Source of the DNA: an uncultured delta proteobacterium
GTDB lineage: Bacteria; Desulfobacterota; Syntrophorhabdia; Syntrophorhabdales; WCHB1-27
DNA length: 64,000 nucleotides
Assembly (NCBI GenBank): GCA_963810935.1
Contig: CAWEPK010000005.1
Span: 224,001-288,000, forward strand
Direction: 5' to 3'
Shown: positions 21,020 to 30,284 of the stretch, piece by piece
How positions within the stretch are numbered: position 1 is the stretch's first letter
Layout: each line of letters begins with the position of its first letter
The notes under the pieces: model-generated
Told to the model about the DNA's origin: nothing
Databases searched by the model: none
The model's input: the letters and a program-made list of their open reading frames with translations, nothing else
Program-made: the position numbers and the translations under genes

Positions 21020-22042
21020 ATGAAAAGGTTTGTCTTTGTCCTCTGCTGCGTGCTTCTCGCGGCATGGACGGTAAGCGTAACGGCCGTCCCTGCGCAAGCG
21101 CAGGAGAAGGCGATGAAGCTGAGGCTCTCGGTCATGTGGCCCCCGCAGCACGCGCTGACGAAGCTCTTTGACGCATGGGGCAAGGACGTCGAGAAGGCGA
21201 CCTCGGGAAGGATTACCGTTACCGTCTTCGCGAGCAACACCCTCTCCCCGCCGATGCAGATCTATGACAACACGTCAAAGGGCATCGTTGACGTCGGCAC
21301 GGCCCTCCTGGCCTATGCGCCGGGCAGGCTCCCACTTTCCGAGGTCCTGCAGCAGCCTCTGGGATACAGGAACGGTTATCAGGCAACCATGCTGGCAAAT
21401 GCATATTACAAGAAATTCAAACCGAAGGAATTCGACGACGTTCATGTCCTCTTCCTCCACGGCGCAGCTCCGGGCTTCGTTTTTACCAAGAAACCGGCAA
21501 AGTCGATTGCCGATGTCAAGGGACTCAGGATAAAGGCGAACGCGGAGAACGCCGACATAGTGAAGAACCTCGGCGGGTCGCCGGTAACGATGCCGGTTAC
21601 GGAAACCTACGACGCCCTTTCGAGGGGCCTGGTCGATGGCTGCCTATTCCCGTTGGAAGCCCTCCAGGGGTTCAAGATAGGCGAGGTCGTCAAGACGGTG
21701 ATCGAGGATTACGGCATGTCCTATATGACGTCCCAGTATGCCATCATGAACAAGGCTAAATGGAACGCCATATCCCCCGCCGACCAGAAGGCAATAGAGA
21801 AGATCAACGATGAATATGCCGAGAAGTTCGGCAAGATGTGGGTACAGCTCGACCAGAACGCCATCGCTTTCGCCAAAGGCAAAGGCGTGACTTTCCTTAA
21901 TGTCTCCAAGGAAGAGGAAGCGGTGACCGCCCAGAAGATGAAGCCGATCCTGACCGACTACGTCAAGATGACCAAGTCGAAGGGGCTCCCGGGCGACGAG
22001 GCGCTGAAGTTCTGCCTTGACTACCTGAAGACACACCAGTAA
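21020..22042 (+). CDS. dctP: TRAP transporter substrate-binding protein
   Basis: Signal peptide; DVKGLRIK, ETYDALSRGLVDG, MNKAKWNAISP. Confidence 0.9.
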   Translation: MKRFVFVLCCVLLAAWTVSVTAVPAQAQEKAMKLRLSVMWPPQHALTKLFDAWGKDVEKATSGRITVTVFASNTLSPPMQIYDNTSKGIVDVGTALLAYAPGRLPLSEVLQQPLGYRNGYQATMLANAYYKKFKPKEFDDVHVLFLHGAAPGFVFTKKPAKSIADVKGLRIKANAENADIVKNLGGSPVTMPVTETYDALSRGLVDGCLFPLEALQGFKIGEVVKTVIEDYGMSYMTSQYAIMNKAKWNAISPADQKAIEKINDEYAEKFGKMWVQLDQNAIAFAKGKGVTFLNVSKEEEAVTAQKMKPILTDYVKMTKSKGLPGDEALKFCLDYLKTHQ

Positions 22043-22052
22043 AATCGATATT

Positions 22053-22097
22053 TACGGCTGCGGGGGGCCGACGGTTTTTCGGCCGCCCGCAGCCGTA
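22053..22097 (+). other. Intergenic stem-loop between dctP and dctQ
   Basis: TACGGCTGCGGG...CCCGCAGCCGTA inverted repeat without a U tract. Confidence 0.65.
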
Positions 22098-22145
22098 TGG
22101 CAGGGCATTAAGAAACAGATCGAACGTTTAGTCTGGAGGCAGACG

Positions 22146-22631
22146 ATGAAGCGTTTTACGGCAGGGATCGTCGGTATCGACAAGGCATTATTTGTCCTCG
22201 CTGCCGGCGTGCTTGGGTGCATGATCTTATTGACCCTCTGCGACGTAATCATGAGGAATTTCGGCCATCCCATTACCGGATCGATGGAGATCATACAATA
22301 CGGAGGGTGCATCGTTTTCGGGTTCTCAATCCCTTTCGGCACACTCCTCGGGGCACAGGTAATAGTCGATATCATAACGGAGAAGCTCAGTCCTGGAGGT
22401 AAGCGGGGTATAGAGATAGTCACGAGATGCGTAGGCGTCCTTCTCTTCCTGTTCATCGCCTTCTATTTCTTCAAGTACGGGTTGGACGTAAGGCACACGG
22501 GCGAGCGAACGGCCAGCTTCAAGATCCCGTATTATCCGTTCAGCTTAGCCCTTTCGTTCAGCTTTCTCCTGCAGGGCTTCACTGTTTTTCTCGACCTGAT
22601 GAATAAGGTGAAAGGAGCAAGCCATGAGTGA
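22146..22631 (+). CDS. dctQ: TRAP transporter small permease
   Basis: Four hydrophobic segments; DVIMRNFGHPITGSMEI. Confidence 0.9.
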   Translation: MKRFTAGIVGIDKALFVLAAGVLGCMILLTLCDVIMRNFGHPITGSMEIIQYGGCIVFGFSIPFGTLLGAQVIVDIITEKLSPGGKRGIEIVTRCVGVLLFLFIAFYFFKYGLDVRHTGERTASFKIPYYPFSLALSFSFLLQGFTVFLDLMNKVKGASHE

Positions 22632-23931
22632 TGTCTCCGTAGGAATATATGGGATCATAGTGCTCCTTGCCCTTTTTCTCACCGGGCTCGAGATGGCCTA
22701 TTGCATGATACTCGTCGGCTTTTTCGGCTTCATCTTCCTTATGACGTTCCCTGCGGCCTGCAATCTCGTCATCAAAGACTTCTTCGATAACTTCACGACT
22801 TACAGCTATACGGTCATACCCCTTTTCATCATCATGGGTGAGTTCGCGTCCCATTCGAACATCGCAAAAAGGCTCTACCTGGGCGCGCACAAGTGGTTCG
22901 GCCATATTCCGGGCGGCCTCGCAATGACGACGGTAGCAGGCGCCACCGCGTTTAAAGCGATGTGCGGTTCGACGCTCGCCACGGTCGGGACTTTCTCTAA
23001 CCTGGCAATGCCCGAGATGGACCGGTACGGTTACAAAAAGGAGCTTTCCGCAGGCACCATCGCGTCAGTCAGCACCATAGGCATGATACTGCCTCCCAGC
23101 ACTGTGCTTATCATCTACGGGCTCGAAGTCGAGCAGTCGATAGGCAGGCTGTTCATTGCAGGCATCCTGCCCGCCCTCATGATCTCGGCGCTTTTCATGA
23201 TGGTCATAGCCGGCTGGGTGATGTGGAAACCGGAAATAGCCCCGAAGGCGGAGAAGGCGCCCTGGAAGGACAGGTTCGCGGTAATCCCGGAGGCGATACT
23301 CATTATCATAATCTTCGGGATCGTGATAGGCGGAATGATAACGGGCTTTTTCAGCCCCACGGAGGCGGGCACGATCGGCACCGTGGCGATTTTCATCCTG
23401 GCCCTCGTGCGCGGAGAGGTCAACGCGGCCATGATCGTCGGTTCCTTCAAGGGGGCCTTGAGAACGTCCATCATGGTCCTCATGCTCATTGCCGGGTCTT
23501 CCATTTTCGGCCACTTCCTAGCAATAACCGAGATCCCTATGATCGCCGCGAAGTGGGCCTCAGCGCTTCCCGTACCCGGCTGGGTCGTCATGCTCCTGAT
23601 AATCTTCATCTACCTGGTAGGCGGGTCTATCATGGATGACCTGGCGTTCATGGTGCTCGCCACGCCGATCTTTTTCCCGACCGCCACCCAGCTTGGCTAC
23701 GACCCGATCTGGTTCGGCATCCTGATTTGCGTTACCCTGATGATAGGCGGCATTATCCCGCCGGTCGCGATCTACGTCTTTATCCTGGGGAATATAACGG
23801 GGCTGCCGTTCAAGACCATATATAAGGGCGTCGTGCCGTTCCTCTCGGCCCTCGTCGTGGCCCTGGTAATACTCTTCGTTTTCCCGGAAGTCGCCCTCTG
23901 GCTGCCGAACCTGCTGATGGGTAAGGGATAA
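22624..23931 (+). CDS. dctM: TRAP transporter large permease
   Basis: IPLFIIMGE, GMILPPS, FSPTEAG, GYDPIWFG. Confidence 0.93.
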   Translation: MSDVSVGIYGIIVLLALFLTGLEMAYCMILVGFFGFIFLMTFPAACNLVIKDFFDNFTTYSYTVIPLFIIMGEFASHSNIAKRLYLGAHKWFGHIPGGLAMTTVAGATAFKAMCGSTLATVGTFSNLAMPEMDRYGYKKELSAGTIASVSTIGMILPPSTVLIIYGLEVEQSIGRLFIAGILPALMISALFMMVIAGWVMWKPEIAPKAEKAPWKDRFAVIPEAILIIIIFGIVIGGMITGFFSPTEAGTIGTVAIFILALVRGEVNAAMIVGSFKGALRTSIMVLMLIAGSSIFGHFLAITEIPMIAAKWASALPVPGWVVMLLIIFIYLVGGSIMDDLAFMVLATPIFFPTATQLGYDPIWFGILICVTLMIGGIIPPVAIYVFILGNITGLPFKTIYKGVVPFLSALVVALVILFVFPEVALWLPNLLMGKG

Positions 23932-23968
23932 AGCGGACCTGAGGGCCGGATTGCCCTTCCTTAGGTAA

Positions 23969-24755
23969 TTAAATGCGGGACGTACTTCTGCGGTTTTGAG
24001 CCCAGAGGTACGTCCCCTTTTCATTCGTCGTGACGGCAAATCCTTCCGCAGCCAGGAATGCCGAGAGGGCGTGCGCGTTCTTTTTCGGTCACTGGGTCCG
24101 GATGGACCTCGATGGCCACCTGCCCGACCCTGCGGAGCGTCTCCCCGGTCGATCCGTAAAGTATGGAGAACTCGCTCCCCTCGCAGTCGATCTTCAGGAG
24201 GTCCACGCCGGCCAACCCCTCCTCTTCCATGATCTGAAGCAGGGTGACCGCCCTCACCGTCTCACTCTTTGACGCACCGCCGGCTGCGCCGACCTTCGCG
24301 GTCGTCGGAAAGGTTTCAGGGCCGCATGCTATCTCGACGCTGCCCGGCTCTCCCGAGACGGCCGCCCGGACGCACTTCACGGCGATTCCGGCGTTTGCCT
24401 GCACGTTCTTTACCATCTCATCGTAATTTGCCCCGACAGGCTCGTAAGAAAAAACCCTGGCGCTCCATTTTGACGCAGCGAACAGGGTGAAAAAGCCGAC
24501 GTTTGCGCCGATATCGACAACGACCGGGCGGGCTACCAGGGGCAAGCTCAGACCCTCCAGGTAATGTTCGCGCAAAAATATGCTCTTGAACTCGGGATAA
24601 AGCTCGTCCGGGACGGTCACCGAAACGCCGCCCCGTGTAAGAAAGACCAGCGGCAACGTAGCCAGGCCCGCCTTTTCCGCGTAGTAGAGCCACCAGTTGG
24701 AGAAGGTCCTGAAAAGGTTGTATTGGCGTCTTACGGCTTTGTTCTTTAAAAGCAT
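23969..24755 (-). CDS. FkbM-family methyltransferase (probable frameshift near 24083)
   Basis: VVDIGANVGFF, YEPV, LLKIDCEGSE, IEVH; shifted frame gives LSAFLAAEGF..YLWA. Confidence 0.88.
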
Positions 24756-24871
24756 CGGCAAGGCCCGTGCATCAAGATAACCCATCACGGCCGCCATATC
24801 AACCGGCTGCCGCCCTCGCCTCTTTCGGGATTGTTATTGCACCCTTCAGGCTCGCTGTGCTACTCTTTACA

Positions 24872-25003
24872 GTGCGTATTCTCGCAGTTGACGTGGGGGA
24901 TCAAAGAACAGGTACTGCCGTTTCCGATGAGAGCGGCGCCATCGACGCAATGGCTGCGCAGATCATTCTTCAAGGTTATCCGGATGCGAAAGGGCGGACA
25001 TAA
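24872..25003 (+). pseudogene. ruvX: Internally deleted YqgF/RuvX remnant (43 codons)
   Basis: MRILAVDVGDQRTGTAVSDESG joined in frame to AIDAMAAQIILQGY; overlaps the mltG start. Confidence 0.8.
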
Positions 25004-25988
25004 AACTTTTATTGCCCTGACATGCCTGATCCTTCTTGCAGCGCTCCTCGTTGTCGCAGCCGTAGTCCCGATGGGCAAAGAGGGCGTTGGCGTGCCCTTT
25101 ATTGTGAAAAAGGGAACAAGGATCGGCGCGGTAGCCCAGGCACTCAAGGCAGAACACAGGGTCTTCTCGGAGTATGTTTTTATGGGCTGCTCCCTGGTTG
25201 TCTATCGCGGGCGCATAGTGGCAGGGGAGTACGAGCTTTCCGACGCCATGTCTGCGTACGGAATAGCCAGGAAGATGGCGAAGGGCGAGAGGAAGGTATA
25301 CAGCCTGAAGATCGTCGAGGGCTATAACATCTACACTATCGGCGACGTGATGGAAAAAGCGGGGATTATGAACGGCCCCGCGTTCCTCCAGCTCGCCCGC
25401 GACGAGGCGTTCCTGAGGCGCCTCGGCATAAGCGCCGACTCCGTGGAGGGCTATCTCTACCCGGACACCTATTTCTTCAGCAAAGAGACCGGGGTGGACG
25501 AATTTCTCGAAAAGATCGCCCGGAGGACATACAGCCTTTTCGACAAGGATGAGGTAAGGAAAAGGATGGAGGAGCTGCACATGAACATGTACCAGGTCCT
25601 CTGCCTCGCCTCGATCATCGAAAAGGAAGCGAAGCTGGAGAAGGAGAAAAAGACCGTCTCGGCCGTATTCCATAACCGGCTTGCCATAGGCATGTCTCTG
25701 GACGCGGACCCGACGGTGATCTACGGCCTGGGGAGCTTCAACAGGGACCTCAGGAAGGCCGACCTTGCGGAGCAAACGCCGTACAACACGTACCGCCTGA
25801 AAGGGCTGCCGAAGGGGCCCATATGCAGCCCATCGAAAAGCTCGATCATGGCGGCCCTTTACCCGGAGGATTCCCGTGTGCTCTATTTTGTTTCGAGAAA
25901 CGACGGGAGCCACGTATTCTCCGAAACGATTCACGAACACAATCGCTTTGTAGCGCATTATCAGAAACACAAAAGCAGAAAACAATAA
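24984..25988 (+). CDS. mltG: Endolytic transglycosylase MltG (YceG)
   Basis: N-terminal TM; EGYLYPDTY, LASIIEKEA, VFHNRL, DADPTVIY, PYNTY..GLPKGPI, LYFVS. Confidence 0.95.
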   Translation: MRKGGHKTFIALTCLILLAALLVVAAVVPMGKEGVGVPFIVKKGTRIGAVAQALKAEHRVFSEYVFMGCSLVVYRGRIVAGEYELSDAMSAYGIARKMAKGERKVYSLKIVEGYNIYTIGDVMEKAGIMNGPAFLQLARDEAFLRRLGISADSVEGYLYPDTYFFSKETGVDEFLEKIARRTYSLFDKDEVRKRMEELHMNMYQVLCLASIIEKEAKLEKEKKTVSAVFHNRLAIGMSLDADPTVIYGLGSFNRDLRKADLAEQTPYNTYRLKGLPKGPICSPSKSSIMAALYPEDSRVLYFVSRNDGSHVFSETIHEHNRFVAHYQKHKSRKQ

Positions 25989-26010
25989 TAAAGGACGAAG
26001 GAGGGATTTC

Positions 26011-27192
26011 ATGGAGAGAGATGTCGCAGTTATCGGGGTCGGTCAGAGCTCTTTTGTGAGGGGCTATGAGGGGTCGATCCGCGAGCTGGCATTCGAGGCC
26101 TTCAGGGAGGCGATGCAAGACGCGGGGATTGCGCAAAAAGATGTCGATGCCTCCGTCTTCTGCTCGGCGCCGGAGTATGACAAGCAGAGGTCGCCGGCCG
26201 GCGTGCTGGCGGAATACCTCGGCCTGATACCGCAGCCGACATTCTACGTCGAGACCGTCTGCTCGTCGAGCAGCACAGGCCTGAAGGTCGGTTACAGCAT
26301 GATAAAGGCCGGACTCCACGACGTTGTGGTCGTGGTGGGTTTCCAGAAGATGTCCGAGATCACCTCGGCCGAGTCCCAGGAGAGGATGGGCCGGGGCGCG
26401 GATATCCAGTGGGAGGCGCCTTTCGGCACCATGATGCCCGCGTACTACGCCATGTATGCCCAGGCTTACATGGCAAAGAACGGCCTGACCCACGACGACC
26501 TGCGGGACGTCAGGCTTAAGTCGGCCACCTACGGCACGACCAACGACAGGGCCGTCTACAGGAAGGGCGTAAAGGCTGCGGACTTTGACGCAAATAACCC
26601 GGAAGCAAAGATGGCGGGCCCGGTCGCCTGGCCTCTGCGCGTGGGCGATTGCTGCGCCAATGCGGACGGCAGCTCGTGCGTCATCCTGGCGAGCAAGGAG
26701 AAAGCAAAGGCCTTCTCGAAGAAGCCCATCTGGGTCGTCGGCATAGGGGGCGCCTCAGAGGCGGTCAACATGGCGGCGAGACCCGATTTTTCACAGGGCC
26801 TGAGCGTCGGGTACGGGGCGGCAGCGCAGGCATACAAGATGGCGGGCATCACGGCCAAGGACGTCAAAGTGGCCGAGGTGCACGACTGCTTCACGATCGC
26901 CGAGATCATGGCCTACGAAGGCCTCGGGTTCGCCCCTATGGGCGAAGGCAAACAGCTTATCCGCGAGAAGGCCACGTACAAAGAAGGCCGGATACCCGTG
27001 AACGTAGACGGCGGCCTGCTTTCGAAGGGCCACCCCATCGGAGCAACGGGCGGCTCGCAGATACGCACCATCGTCCTCCAGCTTCGCGGAGAGGCGGGAC
27101 CCATGCAGGTGCCCGGAGACCCGGATATCGGACTGGTGCACAACGTCGGCGGCGTGGGCCTTTACGGGAACGTAACAATATTTGGGAGGTGA
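26011..27192 (+). CDS. Thiolase (archaeal/SCP2-type acetyl-CoA C-acetyltransferase)
   Basis: ETVCSSSS, CCANADG, EVHDCF, VNVDGGLLSKGHPIGATG, HNVGG. Confidence 0.92.
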   Translation: MERDVAVIGVGQSSFVRGYEGSIRELAFEAFREAMQDAGIAQKDVDASVFCSAPEYDKQRSPAGVLAEYLGLIPQPTFYVETVCSSSSTGLKVGYSMIKAGLHDVVVVVGFQKMSEITSAESQERMGRGADIQWEAPFGTMMPAYYAMYAQAYMAKNGLTHDDLRDVRLKSATYGTTNDRAVYRKGVKAADFDANNPEAKMAGPVAWPLRVGDCCANADGSSCVILASKEKAKAFSKKPIWVVGIGGASEAVNMAARPDFSQGLSVGYGAAAQAYKMAGITAKDVKVAEVHDCFTIAEIMAYEGLGFAPMGEGKQLIREKATYKEGRIPVNVDGGLLSKGHPIGATGGSQIRTIVLQLRGEAGPMQVPGDPDIGLVHNVGGVGLYGNVTIFGR

Positions 27193-27195
27193 GAC

Positions 27196-27609
27196 ATGGG
27201 TTTCGAAAAATTCGGAAGGAAGAGCTTTACTGGAATAACGAAGACCGCGAAGTTCGTAGACCTTCTGGCCGAGGGCAAAATTGAGGGGACGACCTGCAAA
27301 AAATGCGGCGCCAAATTCTTCCCGCCCAGGGCCGACTGCGCAGTCTGCCTCTCAAAGGAGATGGACTGGTTCGAGATGCCCGGCAAAGGCAAGCTTGAGA
27401 CTTTTACGACAGCCTATTTCGCGCCTTACGGTTTCGAGGCCGATCCTCCCTATACGATGGGAGTCGTCGCCTTCGACGCGAAGCTTAAGCTTTTTGCCCG
27501 CCTCGCCAAGGACATAAAGCCGGAAGACGTCAAGGTAGGGATGGACGTGGCGATCCGCACGCTGAAGTACGACGACGGCCAGCTCTCGTTCGAGATCATT
27601 AAGGCCTAA
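27196..27609 (+). CDS. DUF35 Zn-ribbon/OB-fold protein
   Basis: CKKCGAKFFPPRADCAVC; 3 nt after the thiolase. Confidence 0.92.
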   Translation: MGFEKFGRKSFTGITKTAKFVDLLAEGKIEGTTCKKCGAKFFPPRADCAVCLSKEMDWFEMPGKGKLETFTTAYFAPYGFEADPPYTMGVVAFDAKLKLFARLAKDIKPEDVKVGMDVAIRTLKYDDGQLSFEIIKA

Positions 27610-27628
27610 AGGCACAAAAACCGGACCG

Positions 27629-27661
27629 AAAAAAGGGGGCCTGTAACAGGTCCCCTTTTTA
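27629..27661. terminator. Bidirectional intrinsic terminator
   Basis: AAAAAAGGGGGCCTGTAACAGGTCCCCTTTTT between convergent genes. Confidence 0.8.
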
Positions 27662-27682
27662 TTGCCGAAATTTACGCCCCTT

Positions 27683-27859
27683 TTAGGGAAAGCAGCCGAG
27701 CTGGCAGGAATTTATCTTTATCTTCAGCTCGTCCAGGATATCACCCACCTCATGGGTTGATACCTTGGCCTCCAGCGCTACTGCCAGCGCCTGCGCGCAC
27801 GATATCCCTCCGTCCTTGCTCGCCGCTTTCACTTTTTCGATCAGTTTCTCTTTTTCCAC
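27683..27859 (-). CDS. Small Cys-containing hypothetical protein (CQLGCF C-terminus)
   Basis: AGGAG RBS then GTG; ISCAQAL...KIKINSCQLGCFP; immediately downstream of tRNA-His. Confidence 0.75.
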   Translation of the reverse strand: MEKEKLIEKVKAASKDGGISCAQALAVALEAKVSTHEVGDILDELKIKINSCQLGCFP

Positions 27860-27877
27860 TGTGCAACGCTCCTGTAA

Positions 27878-27953
27878 TGGGGTGAGTGAAGGGGATCGAA
27901 CCCTCAACACCCGGGTCCACAGCCCGGTGCTCTACCTTTGAGCTACACCCACC
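27878..27953 (-). tRNA. tRNA-His (GUG) with G-1 and encoded CCA
   Basis: GGTGGGTGTAGCTCAAAGGTAGAGCACCGGGCTGTGGACCCGG..GGTTCGATCCCCTTCACTCACCCCA; cloverleaf, anticodon GTG. Confidence 0.97.
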
Positions 27954-27965
27954 GTATTATTCAGT

Positions 27966-27994
27966 TTTTTAGCACAGATGCGGCCAAAAGTCAA
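27966..27994 (-). promoter_or_regulatory. Putative sigma-70 promoter for tRNA-His
   Basis: TTGACT-N17-TAAAAA with upstream TG. Confidence 0.5.
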
Positions 27995-28018
27995 TTTACC
28001 ATAGTGTGGGGCCGGGCC

Positions 28019-28822
28019 TTACTTTCGCGTCCTTACCGGGCAGCCCGTCCTGAAACCCTCCGCTATCGCCCGCTCCCCCATGCCGCATTCCGGGTGCCCG
28101 TACCCGCTTGCGCTCCTGCCGGAGGCGATGTCGTAGATAATATTGTCGTCCCCTTTGGGGTTTGAGCTCTCCTTGTTCACGCCTGCCGGCACCCAATCAA
28201 GGCCCAGGACATGGCGCAGCTTCCATGCGATATTATGGTCCGCGCACGAGGTGTCGCCGCTAACCCCAAGGCCGCCCACTATTTCTCCGTCCCGGTTGTA
28301 AAGCGCCAGCCCCCCGCCGAACACGCAGACCCCGCCGATGAGCTTGCCGGTCATGGGGTCGTTATCAGTGCCGAAATCACCCACGTCGCCGGCATAGGCT
28401 ACGGCCGTATTTAACGGATTGCCGAGCTGAATGCCGAAGAGAAAGCCGCCCGGCTGCGTCCCTGAATAGAGGTTGGCCGTGGAAAGGGCGAGGGAAGAAA
28501 GGCTGAAGGCGTTTGCGGTATTGGCCTTTTGCGCTGCGATCAGCCTGCTCCCCGGCCATTGGTCGCCATATTGCTTGCCGCTGAAGGTGACCGCATGGAC
28601 GGAGCCGTCTCTCCGCACGACGGTTGCCCACATATTGAGGGCCAGACCCCCGTTGGCCTTCGGGTCTCCCACTTTTACCACTTCCCGGAGCGATGCTGTC
28701 AGGCCCGCGTGGTCCGGCAGATTATCGGGCGCTTCCTTCGGCCTGATCACAAGAGATTTCGCCGCCAGCGCGGCCCCTCCGACGGCCAGGCTGATTACAG
28801 TGAATCCTGTCGACTTTTTCAT
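28019..28822 (-). CDS. GlcG/HbpS-like heme-binding protein
   Basis: MWATVVRRDG, IAAQKANTANAF, FGGGLALY, VGGLGVSGD. Confidence 0.82.
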   Translation of the reverse strand: MKKSTGFTVISLAVGGAALAAKSLVIRPKEAPDNLPDHAGLTASLREVVKVGDPKANGGLALNMWATVVRRDGSVHAVTFSGKQYGDQWPGSRLIAAQKANTANAFSLSSLALSTANLYSGTQPGGFLFGIQLGNPLNTAVAYAGDVGDFGTDNDPMTGKLIGGVCVFGGGLALYNRDGEIVGGLGVSGDTSCADHNIAWKLRHVLGLDWVPAGVNKESSNPKGDDNIIYDIASGRSASGYGHPECGMGERAIAEGFRTGCPVRTRK

Positions 28823-28929
28823 AGCTGCCTCCTTTTGTCTGAAACAAGATAAACATAAGACAAGAACATCCCCTTCCAAGGGAGGCATGTCGAAAATCAC
28901 AAACCGGATTTATAATAGAATAGAGGTAA

Positions 28930-29030
28930 ATGACCCTGCTGCTTGCAGCAGGGTCATAAAGCAAGCGAAGCGCCGCGCCGAGCGGGGAGGCTCTATGCGG
29001 CTGATGCCGCTGGAGGGGGCGCTGAGCCCC
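28930..29030 (-). repeat. Dispersed REP-like structured repeat, copy C, with trailing hairpin
   Basis: Reverse strand GGGGCTCAGCGCCCCCTCC..CCCCGCTCGGCGCGGCGCTTCGCTTGCTTTA followed by ATGACCCTGCTGC/GCAGCAGGGTCAT stem. Confidence 0.85.
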
Positions 29031-29080
29031 ATTAATTGCATAGAGATAGAGCTTGTGCCTGATAAGCATGAGGAGGCGAA

Positions 29081-29290
29081 ATGAAACGTCTGCTCCTGAT
29101 GGCGCCCCTGATCGCTCTCCTGACAGGTTGCGCCCATTATTATTACAAGCCGGGGATGACCAACGCCGAGTTCTACCGGGACAAAAAGGAATGCGAGAAG
29201 AACGCGTACCAGACTGCGGTCCGCAACGGCACGCGGCAATGCGACGAGACCGAGCGCTGTCTTTTTGCTAAGGGGTGGAAGAGGCAGTGA
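29081..29290 (+). CDS. Small lipoprotein
   Basis: GAGGAGG RBS; lipobox LTGC; DKKEC..RCLFAKGW. Confidence 0.75.
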   Translation: MKRLLLMAPLIALLTGCAHYYYKPGMTNAEFYRDKKECEKNAYQTAVRNGTRQCDETERCLFAKGWKRQ

Positions 29291-30284
29291 CCGGCAGCGC
29301 ATCCCGGCAGGATGCGGCAAGATCATGCAAAAGCGGCAGAGACCGGCATTTGCCCGACGCCTGAATCAGGTTGGCAAGACCCGACGGTATATGGCCTAAA
29401 AAGACGGCGAGTCCTTTTTTGAGCCCCAGGTAGCCGAATGCCCCGAGGGCCTGCATGAGGCGCTGGGCCGACGCCTCCCAGAAGGCGTCGAGGAATGCGT
29501 CCCGGTCACGGCCCGCCTCCGACAGGCCGTAGTAAAAAGAAAGCAGCTCTTCCCTGCCGCTTTCGGGCATATCGACGTAAGGGTCGCACAAAAGCGATCC
29601 CAGGTCGTAAAAGGCGCAGCCGAAGCGCATGCCCTGAAAGTCGATAAAGACGGGCTCGTCGTCTTTGACCATCACGTTCTGCGACTGTAAGTCCCTGTGG
29701 ACGAGGCACGGCGGCCGGGCCGCGAGGCGCCCGGCCAGCCCGGAAAGCTCTTTTTCGATTTCCGATGCAAGCGCCGGGGGCAGCTCGATCCCGCAGACGT
29801 CAGCCACGAAGTGCTCCATGAAATAGCCCCTCTCCCATCGATAGAGGTCCGGGCCGAAGGCCTCCATGAGCTTCACCTTCCCGTGCGGAAATTCTGCGGC
29901 CGGGAATGAATGCAGCTTGTGCACCGACGAAAGCGTCTTCCGGTAGAGGACGCCCCGCGTCTCCCATCCGGCGCCTGCAAAGGAGGCAAGGTCCGCATTG
30001 CCCAGGTCTTCCATCAGGACAAGGCAGGCCTCTGCATCGTGCCTGACAACGCGCGGCACAGGCACGCCCAGCCCATCAAGGAATAACGCAATGGCTGCCC
30101 AGTACGCATTCTCCGCCCTCTGCGGGTCATAATGCACCAGCACCGCCGAGCCCGTCGGCTGCCACAAAACGCGGAAATAGGAGCGGTCCGACCCCCTTTT
30201 GTTGAGAGGGACAAGGGCGATGGAGACGGACTTCGAAAGGCCCAGGGCGTCACGCGCAAAGGCGGTCATGGCCTCCTGTCTCAT
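29268..30284 (-). CDS. AmgK-like anomeric MurNAc/GlcNAc kinase (APH phosphotransferase family)
   Basis: GSDRSYFRV, MEDLG, HRDLQSQNVM, IDFQG, YDLGSLLCDPY, QRLMQALGAF. Confidence 0.82.
   Translation of the reverse strand: MRQEAMTAFARDALGLSKSVSIALVPLNKRGSDRSYFRVLWQPTGSAVLVHYDPQRAENAYWAAIALFLDGLGVPVPRVVRHDAEACLVLMEDLGNADLASFAGAGWETRGVLYRKTLSSVHKLHSFPAAEFPHGKVKLMEAFGPDLYRWERGYFMEHFVADVCGIELPPALASEIEKELSGLAGRLAARPPCLVHRDLQSQNVMVKDDEPVFIDFQGMRFGCAFYDLGSLLCDPYVDMPESGREELLSFYYGLSEAGRDRDAFLDAFWEASAQRLMQALGAFGYLGLKKGLAVFLGHIPSGLANLIQASGKCRSLPLLHDLAASCRDALPVTASSTP

Noticed and set aside
24765..24800. Minus-strand DMAAVMGYLDAR resembling the RuvX C-terminus (inverted duplicate)
   Set aside because: Too short and gapped to separate from chance
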